Positions 13,877-27,767 of a stretch of DNA of 64,000 nucleotides are shown in pieces. Source of the DNA: Lama glama (lineage: Eukaryota); NCBI GenBank assembly GCA_028534125.1, contig CM052818.1, positions 32,428,001 through 32,492,000 of the forward strand, read 5' to 3'. The notes under the pieces were generated by a model. It was not told the DNA's origin. It did no database searches and worked only from the letters and a program-made list of their open reading frames with translations. Made by a program: the position numbers and the translations under genes. The first letter of the stretch is position 1. The number at the start of each line of letters is the position of its first letter.

Positions 13877-16639
13877 GGTTAGATCACATCCTCACACAGG
13901 TTAGATCACATCTTCACACAGCTTCATGACGCAGACAAGGCCAGTGCCACAGTCCTCATTTTACAAATGAGGAAACTCAGACAGTCAAGAGCCTCCCCAC
14001 ATCCACGTGGCCCACAAACCACCTCCAAGCCCAGAATTGTGAGGCACAGCTCCGCGGCAGCTCCTTCCACCGCACACTGGGCTGTTTAACAGGAAGCCTC
14101 GTAATTATGTCCTTGTTTGTGCAAATGCCCCCTCCGGGAGGCTGAACACAGTGCAAAGCAAGCTACTTCCCCTGCCGCAACCCCCAGCCTCCAGCTCATC
14201 CTCAGCCCCCGGGGAGGGAAAGGAGCTGCTCAGGTTGCCCTGTTCTGTGTAGCCCTGCCCCTGGGACCTCGGTGTAAATGCATTCTGGGGAGAGCCTTAA
14301 GTGCTTTTAAATGACATTCTGGGTAGGAATGCAATAAGGTTTGGCTGCAATCAGATTAGACGCTCCTGTTCCCACACATCCCCAGTAAACAGCCAAAGAC
14401 ATCCATCTACCGCTGGCCCTGCCACACTGAGCAGGCCAGGCCTCCCCTTCCTGCTGGGCCCCACTTCCCCACTTCTGGGGGTCATTGGCTGTCTTAGAGA
14501 GAAGGGCAGCCATGTTTGTTGAGGACCCACTAGGTATTTCTCCTTCGTTTAGCAAGGAGATGGATGTCATTATTACTGTTTTATCCATATTCCCTTGTTT
14601 CCCTATGAAGAAACTGGGGTCAGAGAAGCTTATCAGCAGATCGAAGGCCACACAAGCAGTGACAAAGCTGGAATTTGGACCCAGGACCCTCAGGCTCAAA
14701 ATCTGTGTTCTTTCCACTGAAACTCACACCTGGACTCTGAGAGGCAGGAAACAGGAAGTGGGGGGAGGGTGGAAGCCAAGGAATCAGGCAGGACCCATCT
14801 CCAGGAAGCCTCTGGAAATGAGAGCCTGGGAGGGGAGGCCCCATCACCTGAAGGGATATTCCTTGGTGCAGATGCCTGTCTGCAGAAAGCAACATGAAGA
14901 AGGAAGCAGAGGAGCTGTAAGGCAGAGGCCTCAACAGTAACCCCCAACAAGACCCCTTGGTCCTTCCCTGCCTAGGGCAACTCCTGAGCCAGAGTGGCTG
15001 GAAGTCCCCTGTCAGTTATGGGGGGTCCTCATGGACTGCGTTCCCCCTGAGATAGTGTGAATCAGACCCACTTCCAAACTCAGGCAGGTTATTTAATCTC
15101 TTGAGACTCTGCTTCTCCATCTGTAAAACATACGGGTTGAGGGTGCCAACACCTGCCCAGCTGGCTGCGAGTATCACGCACAAGCGCCTCGCACACACCC
15201 TGCATGCAGTCCGTGCCCCCGGCCCGTCCGCAGAGACTCCGCCAGTGGTGTCAGGCAGTGGCCGGGCAGCATCTCCAGGAACAGCACTAGTTCCTAACGT
15301 CTCAGCTTCCAAGGACATTTTTCTGACTTCTTCAGATGAGCCCCATGATTTGAAAGATTTTGCCTGCCAAACTGCACTTATTAAGTAATAATTAATTCAT
15401 TTTCCCATTTCTTATTAATCACAGCCATGTCTCAGTCTAGCCAGGTTTCTGATCTGCGTGAATTGCCACTGCATCACCACCCTGCGTTGATGTAAGCCCT
15501 GCCCAAGCCAGAGAACTGTTTCCACCTGTCTTTGGAATATTGAGACTAGCTCGCAGGCCCCAGTGCTGCCTCCTGAAAGCTCTTTGGAAACACACACAAG
15601 GAGCCACTTTTCTTTAAAGTGTCCAAATGGATAGAGAGGACATTTTGATCTACAGGACTCTTTTGCACTGGCCTGAGATAGCACCATATCAAAATGGAAG
15701 AATCAAAACAGAAAAACGCTGGTTTGGGATTTTTATTGTTGCTTTTGACTCCTTGTTTTTTAACTCAGTAAAGGCTGTTACAGATATTCCTGCCCCTCAC
15801 CTCATTCTTGATCCTGGATGAGGCTCAGGGCTTGGACAATAAATGCCTATTGGTCATATAGCTTTGCATCAAAGAAGCAGACCTTTTAATGATTTGCTGT
15901 ACAGACCACATCAGAATGACCCCAAGTCAGAATCTCTAGGTTGAGAAGTCAGTTGCTTTTTTTCTGGAAGATATTTTCTCCATATTAACTAATTCTTATT
16001 TAGTAAGTGCAGTTTATCTAGCGAGATAAATACGGGACACACAGAAGGACAGACATGAGGGAAAGGTTCTTGGGAGGAGAAGGGCTGGGAGCATTCCTTC
16101 GGGAGTCCATCTATTCCTGGAAGTAGGGCTCAGCTAGTGCTGCCTGGCTGCTGCCTGAGGCCTGGCCTATTATTGCTCCAGCCGACCTGGCTGCCTACCA
16201 GTCAGAGAGGTGAAGGAAAGGGAGCTAACGTTTATCAAGCACCTACCATCGTCGGCCAAGGTGGGGCCATCATTGCCTGGGGCTTCCTCAGGGATGCATA
16301 GAGGTGAAAACACCCCAGCTCTTAACTGGTCATTTACCTGGGGTCCATCGCCCACCTTCTGCTCTTTTATCTACCACCACAAAGGAAGAGACACAGAAAG
16401 AGGAGAGGAAGGACAAGCCGGGAGGAAGAAGACAGCAGGCTGGGGTGAGGGTTCAGAGGCAAAACCTAAATCTCTACCCCACCACACCCCCACCCCCAGA
16501 TTTCCTGCCCTGGGCTTCCCCTTCCCCTGGATTTGCCACTTTCTCTGTCTAAATAGGAGCAGTGATGCAGTCACTCCCTCCAAGAATGTATGTCCTAGTG
16601 TCCAGACCTGCCCCCCTCTTGCTTTGCGAATCTCAGCAG

Positions 16640-17450
16640 ACTGTATTAAGCACCTATTTGGACACCATATCTGACACTAAGTATATAAAGTGGAAAAAGA
16701 TCCAGTCCCTGAACAAGAGGAGCCCAGCCAGTGGTGGACATAGGAACAAAGCATTTCAGTGTCAGGTAGAAAGCACATCAGTGGAGGTTTACACAAGGCG
16801 CTGTTGTCAGGGGCCAGGGGAAGGGCCCGAATTCGTGGATGGCTTCCACAAGGAGACAGAAGCCTGAGTTAAGTCTTGGAGATGATAGAATTGTCTACAA
16901 AGAAGAGGGGAAGGTCTTGCTGGCAGAAGAAGCCCCTGGGACAAGGCCAGAGCTGAGGCGGGACAAGGCCAGACCTGAGGCAGGACCTGGCCAGAGGCTG
17001 GAGCCTCACCTCTCAAATACAGTTAGTCCTTCTGGTGAAGGGAGAGCAGAGGGAAGGCTGTTGAGGTCATCCAGGCAAGAGTCAAGAGGGCTTGAGGGGA
17101 GAGTATCGTTCAGTGGTAGAATGTGTACTTAGCATATGTAAGGTCCTGGGTTCAATCCCCAGTACCTCCATTTAAAAAAAAAAGTCAAAAGGGGTTTAAT
17201 CAGGGTAGAAGACATGTGGAAGGAGAGGTTAGAATGTTTGGGAGGTAGAATCAGCACGATGGGGAGGGTTGAGTGGCTGCGGGGGTGGGAAGAAGGCATA
17301 CCCAGAGAGAATACCCAGAGGGGCTGGGAAGCCAGGACGATGAGTGACAGTGCTGTCTCAAGGAGCGTGGTTGAGAAGGACAGGCAAGGATTAGGGTAAC
17401 AGCGAGAGGGGCACCTGACTGGGGAGATTTCTGAGTCATGGTTCTGAGTG
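16640..17450 (-). mobile_element. L2 LINE fragment (contains the SINE at 17096)
   Basis: TATTAAGCACCTAT...CAGTCCCTG...GGCTTCCACAAGGAGACAGAAGCCTGAG decayed L2 pattern; boundaries approximate. Confidence 0.55.
17096..17180 (+). mobile_element. Short tRNA(Ala)-derived SINE (Vic-1-like)
   Basis: GGGGAGAGTATCGTTCAGTGGTAGAATG...GGTTCAATCCCCAGTACCTCCA plus A tail; imperfect TSD AGAGTCAAGAGGGCTTGA / AAAGTCAAAAGGGGTTTAA. Confidence 0.85.
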
Positions 17451-17780
17451 CCAGGGCGGTGGGTGGCTGGGGAGGATCAGAGCAAGAGATGGATTGTGGG
17501 GTATGCGCTGGGGCAAGAGACTCAGCCTCACCATAAAATGGGGACAGACACTGACAGAGCCCAGCTCCAAGGCCTGCTGGGGATTTAGTGCAATTCCATG
17601 TGTGACACAGCCACGCAGAGGCAGTCTGCATGCGGCAATGTCAGCCAGCCACCTCCCCCTTCATCCTTCTCTCCCTCCTTGCAGCCTGCCTGCCTGCCTG
17701 CCTGACTTCCTTCCTGCCTGCCTCTGCAGAGTTCCAAATCCTTCTCAGCCTTCCTCCTCCCACCATCTTCCCACATACAG

Positions 17781-17786
17781 CACACA

Positions 17787-17824
<38 letters not shown>
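17781..17824. repeat. (CA)n microsatellite
   Basis: 22 dinucleotide units with one TA interruption. Confidence 0.95.
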
Positions 17825-17825
<1 letters not shown>

Positions 17826-19599
17826 GATCCTCTATAAAAACATTTGTCAAGCACAGCCCACAACTCCTGGCAGTTCGCACATGCTTCACTTGTTCCTCCG
17901 ACATAATGTTACCAGAGGGCCCAGAGCCCAGCTGGAGCCAGCACAGCCTGCCGCCCAACCTGGGCCACAGCTGTTCCTGACGGCCACCATCACTGACACT
18001 CATTTCCTCACCTGGCTCCAGGGACCAGCACTTGCAGCTGGTTGACACCATCATTCAAATCCACAGCCGTGGAGCGCCCGCTGTGTGCCGGGCTCTGAGT
18101 AGGTGCTGTAGAAGTTGTCTGGAGGACTGTGACTGCGGACCCGCACAGTCTTTGCAGAGACCACAGGGTAGAAAAGCTCAAGAACAGTTCACAATGCCGA
18201 TAAAGTTCTAGACGACTGTCGAAGAGAGTCACAAGGCATGAATAATTGCCAGAGTGATTGTGCGCATAGCCACAGCCATGAAGCACTCAGAGCAGGGAAA
18301 GTCGGGGGAGGGCAGGGAGGGAGTGGGCGTGGTGCAGAGATCAGTGGCTGCAGGCAGAATGGAGGTTGGGTTCAGTTCCCACCACCGACAGGGTTGTAGA
18401 GAGAGGTTGAGAGCTCTTCCAGCTCTGATACTTCTGGGTCAGGAAGGTGGTTGAGAACTAGTGGACAATGAGCCTTGCTCATTGATGCAAAATGGAAATG
18501 GAACTGGGGCAGCAAGGAGCACACGCCTCCACCACTGACCCCCAGGGTGTCCCCTGATGGCTCACATGACCATCTGGTCAAAAGCACTGCAGATCTGAAC
18601 AGAGATCTCCCACTGATCACACTCTGCACGTGCCCTCGCGTCTCGGTGCTGGCACAGTAGCCCTGGAGGCCAGGATGGATAAGCTGGGTGGACCTTACTC
18701 TCATCTCACAGCAAAGGAAACCGGGCCTCCAAGGATGGAGGGGACTCACTCAAGGTCCCACTGGGAATTAGAGGCAGAGCCCAGAGCTGGTGCAGGAGAG
18801 AAATGAGGTGCTTCATGTCTCCAAGTGGGGTCCTCTCACTCCTTGCCCCCCCCCACCCCGGTAGCCCCTCTGCGGTCTGGTGCCGATGCCACCATCGTGC
18901 TGCATCCCAGCTGGACGCTCATTTCAGGATCCGGCCGGCAGCCACTTTGATTTGCTGCTAATCTTTTATTTAAAAAAGATTCACAACTCAATTACATCAG
19001 GTAACAATAGCTCACAGTCAATAATACAAAACACAAACCCAATAAACATCCATTCTGACCAGGGGACATGGATTTAAATGAGGAAAACAAAAAAATTACA
19101 GCATCAGCTTGTCGAGAACAGTATCCTGTAATTTCCAGTAAATTGGAGTCACTGCAAGTCGTTTTCCCCACTTGAGTGGCAGGTATATTAATTTGCTGTC
19201 GTTTGTCAACCATCAAAAATAAATTGTTTACAAAGGATGGGAAGAAAGCTTCAGAGATTCAGGCTGAGGTTGTTATTCTGGCAGGAGTTTGGCTTGACTC
19301 GTACAGTGCAGGGGTCTTCAGAGGTGCCATGGCCGGCCTGTGCGCCGCTCGTCGCCTGTGGAGCTAGGTCCTGGGCGAAACTGCACACCCTAGACCCTGG
19401 CGCCTCTGCCATGCTCTACTTCACCTATTTTTCTGCTCTCTAGAAACCGGGGCCTCATTCACTCACCCACTTCTGCCTCCCAGGAGTCACCCCTAGGAGA
19501 GGCGTAGACAGGCTCACCCACAAGGGTACATCAGATCCTCAGCTATATTTGTTACTCACTAGATACCCTCCAGGGGCTGAATTAGGTCCTTATAGACAC

Positions 19600-19725
19600 T
19601 ACCTCATTTAACTCTCACAACAACCTTTCAAGGTAAATATTATCCCCCTTTTATAGATGAGGAAACTGGAGCTCAGAGAGGGTACATAACCTACCCAGGG
19701 TCACACAGCTAGTCAGTAATGGCCA
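19600..19725 (-). mobile_element. MIR SINE (others near 1450, 9640, 13950, 21980, 29690, 39190, 55720)
   Basis: CTCATTTAACTCTCACAACAACC...TATTATCCCCCTTTTATAGATGAGGAAACTGGAGCTCAGAGAGG...GGTCACACAGCTAGT core. Confidence 0.85.
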
Positions 19726-21047
19726 GGACCAGGAGAGGTAAGCAATGTGCCTAAGACAAAAGTTCAGGAGGCACTCACCAGGGCTGGCATCTGGGCGGGA
19801 GGTGTCTCATCCAGCTCCTGGCCCTGGGTGACAGGTGGATTTGGATCCAGGTCTGTCTGCATCAAGCCTGTGCTTTTTTCACTGTGGCACAGCCCGTCCC
19901 CCAGGAGATCAGCCGTGAAGTAGCAACTAGAAGCTTCCAAAGGAGTAAAGATGGTGTGATTTCAGGCCCCAGAGGGCTGATAAGGAAGGCACTCCCTACC
20001 CTACAACTAATCCAGCTGCCAGCTCCCCCTGACTTTAAGCCCGTCTTGGTCCAGGAGGAAGTGTGGGTCTGAGGCCATCACATGGGAAAGTAAAATCCAG
20101 CTGGATTGCCAAGTTCTACTGTCTCCTTTGGGGTCTGCAGAGCTGATCCCAGCCCTGAGTCTCATCTTGCACTTGGCAGCGATTTGCAATTTTTTAAAAT
20201 CCACTGCTTACCTTCATGGGGGGCAGGGTCCTTGTTCTCATTTTTTTTCTTGTTATGGGAAGCTGAGGCTCCGAGAGGTTAACCAAGCTGTCCCGAGTCA
20301 CACAGCCAGCAGAGCGCCCAGCATGTGACTCAGACCTGGGGCTCTTTTCATCCCACCTCACTGCCAAGAACTGGGTCAAGACCCAGATGGGGCTGGAGTT
20401 CAGTCTTGGCTGGGGCTGGAGAAATAGGGGGAAAAACGCATCAGGAACAAACAACTTCTAAAATATAATGATTTGGCTAAATTTAAACATGTGAAAGAGT
20501 TCAGAATGATTCATAACGCATGCAGATTGATGCAAATGACTATGTAAATCATGCATGGAAAATGAGAAAGGTACACCTTACCTCTCAGCCATAGCAGGAG
20601 TGGGCAGAGCAAGGATTACTTCCAGGGCAGCAGTTTTCCTAGCAAACCACGCCTTCAGGTTGAAACAACTTTCTGAGGCAACCTGCCAAAGCCCCAGAAC
20701 CCTGGGGCAGTGAGCAGGACAGAGGTGGCGTGTCCACATTGCTGTGTCTGGACTCCATGGAGTCTCTAGAACCCCCAACCCCACCCCCACCCCAGGCTTC
20801 TCTTCTCTGAGCTAAATAATTCTTCTGGCTGTCCTTTCATTAACAAGCCTTTAAATCGTTCTTATCACCTCTCCTTTTCTAATGGATCAGGAATGAGGAT
20901 TTGGCAGAGAGTCTGAGTGAACTAGGATGGGCCAATAGCATCTCAGACCACCCGCGTCGTACATCCATTATAAACCCCACAGCTGCTGCTTGCAGGGAAA
21001 AGGGCCTCCATGAGGGGAAATGTCTAGGTTTGGACCATCCTTGCTGA

Positions 21048-21578
<531 letters not shown>

Positions 21579-23442
21579 TGAGCATCCTTAAAACTGGAGA
21601 ACTGAACTCCGCTTGAATGGGCAGATGGTGGTTCCTCCCAGCAGGAGTGTGACTTGAAGCCCACTTCCTAAGCTTTCTTGCAAGGGCACCACTTTGTTTA
21701 GCTACATTATTTTACACAGGAAAACACCAGATTAAACATATTTTATTCAGCTCAAGATCAGTCTCATAGCCACAGATATGTACATAAAACCATAGAAAAA
21801 GTTCTGAAAGGTACAGATAACTAGTTGCTTCTGGAGAGAGGACTGGAGTTGAGGGTGCTTTGTCAGTAATGTCTGCTGTTACAAAAAGGACACATTCGCT
21901 TATTATTTGTGCGATTTAAAATTTTGAAAGTTTTTTAAAGCATGGGCTCAGAGCTGGAAGACCACGTAATCCACTTCCCCCATTTCACAGATGAGAACAT
22001 GGAGACCACAGAGCTGAAGGGACTTGTCCCGAGTCACTGATAACGCAGCACAGAGATGCTGGCTCCTGTTTTTGCTGCCCCGCACTTGCTTGGGCCTCGG
22101 TTTCTACTTAGAGCCCACCACTTGACAAGCCAGAGTGTCATCCTCTGCAGCCCAGAGACAGCCCTTCATTCTGGTTCCTGACCCCACTGGGGTGTCCAGC
22201 TGTCAAGCAGGGAGAGCTTCCAAGGCAGCACTTACGAAGGCCTGCAGCGGTCTAAACGGCCAGCAGGCTGAGATGGCGGAGACCTACAAAGCAGCAGCCA
22301 TGCCTCTTGCCTGTGTTGGGGGGTGCAGGACCCTGATGGTACAGGCTGTCCTGGTGGGACACCCTGCAGGGCGAGCCTCCCCGCTGGGTCAGGCCACACC
22401 CTCACCTGGGGGTGAACTTCTGCTCCTGTTGGGCCGGGACAGGGATCTGGGCTCTAGTGCCCAGGACCCAGGGCTCCTTCTCCAGAAACTTATTCAAGAG
22501 CAGATTTGGACGACGGATGTGGGAACAAGGGCTATGAGAAAGCAGTGTAAGTCCACAGAATAAACTCAGGGCTCCTAAGAGGTGAGCCTCAGGCTGGGAG
22601 CCAGGAGTAAAGTACACAACCCCCCATCCCCACCTCAGAGGTTAAACAAAGCTGCAGGAGTAAGCTTCACAGGTGCAGCCTTGTGTGTGAGAAACGTCTG
22701 GACTCGAACTTTCACTTAGCAGCTAGAATCAGGACTTTCCAACCTGATATAATGTATTAAGTCATTAAATTACAAGCTGCTGTAATTTTCACAGGAATTT
22801 ATTGAGTGCTAATGTAATTCTTTCATCTAAGCAGAAAGATTGCATTGACTTCTGCAGGGGACTTTTACTTGATTGGATTGTAATCAGTTATGTCTTTTCA
22901 CAGGACTGCGTCCTTTTTTTAATTCAATTGTAATCTACTTGTTCCTCTGGATTGCTGCATTTTATCATTTTATTAATCGACCTACTTGCTCTCAAACTTT
23001 GTGGATGCACAAGGAAAGTTCCAAAGAAGCCCATTTTCAGCCAGGGATAGAGGGCACCTCTGCTGGTCAGGTCGGGCATAGCACAGGCATGGGGAAGATA
23101 ATTGGTCTTCCCAGGCGCTCCCCACCTCCGCCCCCCAGGAGTCATTTGGGAGAGGGAGAAAGACCTTTTACAGGCACTACCTCAATCTCCAGTCCTCCTG
23201 AGGCCAAAAAATGGCATCTAGAGAGGATCCTCTAGAGAATGGAGTGGACCCTAAGAATTTAACTGCAGGCTTTGACAGCTCTGCTGGTTCAACTGCACTT
23301 GTGTGTGGAGCGGCTCTTCCTGTGTGCCTGGCCAGCCTGGGCCTGGAATGGGCTCCAGCTGCAGGAAATCACCCCATCATACACACACATGCCCCAGCCC
23401 CTGCTTCTCCATGTCCTTCTAAGCCTCATCTGGTGGCATGGC

Positions 23443-23645
23443 TCAGGGTTTCTCAACATCAGCACTATGAACATTTTGGAGCAGATAATTAATTCTTTGT
23501 GGTAGGGGGAACATGTCCTGTAGACTGTAGGCTGTTGAGCAGCCTCCCAGGCCTCTACCCACCAGATGCTCATAGCACCCCTCAGTAATGACAGTCAAAA
23601 TGCCTCCAGACATTTCCAAATGACCGCAGGGGAGCAAAACCATCA
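23443..23645. mobile_element. MER20 hAT DNA transposon
   Basis: TTTCTCAACATCAGCACTATGAACATTTTGG...GGCCTCTACCCACCAGATGC...CTCCAGACATTTCCAAATG matches MER20. Confidence 0.85.
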
Positions 23646-23734
23646 GTCTAAATTTTAGATGCTAGCATTCCCATCACTTGCAAGACAAATATTCTTAGGG
23701 GCCAGTTCACACGCAGACAGTTCCCAAGTCTTTC

Positions 23735-24900
23735 AAATGTATTCAGCAAATATTTACTGAGTACCTACTATATGCCAGTCACTGTTCCAGGAACTTGGGA
23801 TATACCCAGGAACAAAAGGAAGATCCTTTGCTCTCGAGGAGTCTACATTCACACCAGGGAGGAGGGACAAACAGACAGTAACTAGTTAGGAAACGTGATC
23901 GGGACATCCAGAAGAGACAGGGCGAGGGTGACTAGAAGTAGGGTAGGGGGACGTCGGGTGTGCCGGAGTTCAGAGGCAGGTTGCAGTTTTAAATAGGGTG
24001 GTCAGAGGAAGCCTACTGGAATGACAGCTGAGTGGACTCCTGAAAGAGGTGAGGGACTGAACCAGGAAAATATGTGGGGGCTCTGGCAGAGCAGAGGCCG
24101 AGTGCCGGAGGTGGAGCGTGCCTGGCATGCTCAGGAAACAGCCAGGGTGAGTGGGGGGAGCAGGAGGGAGAGATAAGTAGGCAAGACTGGGTCAGACCAT
24201 CAGAAGAATGTATTTAAGCCATGAGAGGGCGTTGAGCCGAATAGTGACCTGAAGTGATTTGCATATTAAAAGGTTCCTCTGCCTACTCTATGGAGAATAG
24301 ACCTCTTGGGCCCAAGGGAGAAGTCAGGGCAATTAATTCAATGGCTATTACATTAATCCAGACAAGAGATGATGGTGGCTTGGATGAAGACGGTAACAGC
24401 AAAGATAGTGAAAAGTGGTTGAATTCTGGGCATACTTAGAATATAAAATTCAAGAAATGTGCCCAAGCCACCAGAGGGAGGGAGCTGCCATCACCTGAGT
24501 TGGGGAACGCTGAGGAAGGAGCAGGGTTGGGGGCAAGAGCGGGAGTTCAATGTCAGACGTACCGAGTTATGTTGATCTGGTAGACAGCCAAGTGGGGACT
24601 GCCGGTAGACAATGGGAGACAGACTGCTGGAGCTCAGGAAAGAGGTCTAGGAAGGAGATACAAGTCTCAGAGAAATCAGCCCAAACACAGAGAAGGCCAA
24701 GGATGGAGTGAGCCCCCAGTATTTAGAGGTCAAGGAAAGAGGAACCGACAAAGGAGGCAGAGGGGAGAGGAGCCAGTGATGTAGGAGAGATTCCAGAGGG
24801 TGTGGCCTCGTGGAAGTCAGGCGAAGAAAGCAAACCATGGAAAAGTGACCCGCTCCTCCAGATGTGCTGCTGGGCCCAGCAAGACGCAGACTGAGAGTCA
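23735..24900 (-). mobile_element. L2 LINE fragment
   Basis: ATTCAGCAAATATTTACTGAGTACCTACTATATGCCAG (L2 3' end), then TAATCCAGACAAGAGATGATGGTGGCTTGGA and further L2 motifs. Confidence 0.8.
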
Positions 24901-26613
24901 AATCGGTTCTTCCCTGCCCCGCTCCCCAGTTCAAAGGAGACCCCTGAGCTGGGTCAGCGGGGAATGGGTGTGCAGCTGGGCTCAGGTTAGACAATAGGCC
25001 ATCCTTCAGTCCAGCTGCTCCCTCCAGCAATCTCCAGCCGTCCGCAGACTCTGTTCATAGGAAGAGGGCATCCCCAAGGGGTGGGAGCCCCACTGTTGCT
25101 GGGCAGAGGAGAAGAGGAAAGGGAGCAGAGTCTGAGCGGTGGGACCTTCTTAGCATCACTGGTTGACACTGGGCAGCTCCCCAGTTTACAGCAGAGGCAG
25201 ATCCAGGCAGGTGAGGTGCATCACCACCATGGTCCAGCAAGTCTCTGGGAGAGCTGGGAGCGAGACTGGACCCCGTATTCTGTGCTCTGCTCTGCCCCGC
25301 TGGCAGCATACATTTCCATCCCTGGTCCCCGGCTGGGCCCTCAGGACATGCGCCTTGCCTCTGGGGCCCTCCCCAGGCAGCAGTTGGGGTTTCCTGCCAG
25401 CAGACTCCGCACCACGCTGCCTGCCCCCGCAACCCAGCTCTGGACGGCCCTGCCCACACACAGGAGAAATGTCAGCTCTCTACAACAGCAATTCGGAGCC
25501 TTCCACCCACGCTAAATCCACTCTAAAAAATATCAAATTATTTCCATCATTAAATCCAAAATGCCATAAAACAAATTGCATCTCAGCTATTTATCTGGAA
25601 ATTTCTCTAGTACTCATTCCCGGCACCCTCGAGTGCTTTAGCATAAGGAATGGCTCGAGATGAATTGCCATGTCCACCGGCTGGTTACACAGCAACATTT
25701 GATGAAAATTTGATGTTTTATTGGCCTTTCTTCTATTAAGTGAAAGAGAAGTCATTTTTCTCTGAGGTCAGGCCAATGTGTGGAGAGTTCGTCCTAGCTG
25801 CTGTGACCGACAAGCAGAGCGGCTGTTCTTGAAACGCTGCCCCCTTTATTCCGGGATTCCAGGATTCTGGGTCACAGGAATTTCTAGCTCACCCTAGAGA
25901 CTCGCAGATGCCTGGGCGCACACCGAGTGGAATAAGATCCATTGGCCTCGCACTGTTTTTTTTTCTCTTTCCATGATGCTTCAAACTGCAACTTCTCAAA
26001 AAACCTCAGTGACACTTCACTGCCTAGAGAATGAAGTCCACCTCCTTCTCTGTTTGTCTTCAAGGCCTCTGGCCATGATCTGACCGCAGGTTTCGTTCCC
26101 TCCACCCACTCCCAGTTACACTCTCTCCAGCCCTGTCTCACCACATAGGGCCTTTGTCATACCCTCTTCAGAGTCCAGTGGATCCTCGCAGGTCCTCCCA
26201 GACCGTCTCTCTGTCCTAAGATGGACTTTTCTGAGCCAAAGAGACTTCCTTGTACTTTTTCCCCAAATACCCGACTCACCTCCTTCCCTCTGGGGTCATG
26301 CTGCTCTCCTCCCCGGCAATGTTCTAACTTTCCCCCATTCTCTGTGTTTAAAAATCTCCTTGTCCTTTAAGGCCCAACTGAATACCACCTCCCCCAGGCA
26401 GTCCTCCTTGATCAGCAGTCAGCAACAAAGTCTGTCTCTCCTCAACTTCTCATGCATTTTCTACCTAAGCTGTCTCTGTAGTCCTTCTCCAGTACTGCCC
26501 CAGATTGACAGTTATCTGTGTGTAATTTCTGTCTCCTCAGCTCCACTGAAAGCTATTTGAGAGATCATCAAACCCTATCTTTACACACAGACAATCTGTC
26601 TGCTGGGAGGTAA

Positions 26614-26967
<354 letters not shown>

Positions 26968-27455
26968 TGATGTACCGGCCCGATTTCACCACACAGGCCT
27001 TTGCCATCCTGCTTCAGAGTTCCACAGGGTCCCACTGTGCCCTCCTCTATTCTAAGGTGGACTTTTCTGACATCATCAAAAACAGGCAAAGGTTTCCCAC
27101 TAGGTCCTCCTGCAGGGACAGTGATGCTGAGGACTCAGTTTGAGACCCTTGAGAGTGCAGAGGAAGGAAAGCGGGGAGACCTGCTTCTGGGCGCCACCCC
27201 CCAGCCCCCTAAGGCTAATGAGATGCTTCAGAAAAGAGGCTGTATAAAGGGTCTCTGAGACCGAGCCTCCCCTCCTGGTATTCATATGTATTTATATCTC
27301 CTATTGCTTTTGCTTCTCTTGTTGAACCCGGACTGATACAGGAGCTGGGGGTAGGGGGCTGCAGGGAGGAGCTGACGGGTTGTTGTACCAGGAGATCAGA
27401 GCCCTCAGACCACCGAGATGTCACCCACTGCCCAGCAAACACTCGGACACATTGA

Positions 27456-27767
<312 letters not shown>

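Noticed and set aside
17096..17170. Functional tRNA-Ala gene
   Set aside because: Stems are degenerate, and it has an A tail and TSDs, so it is a SINE or retroposed copy
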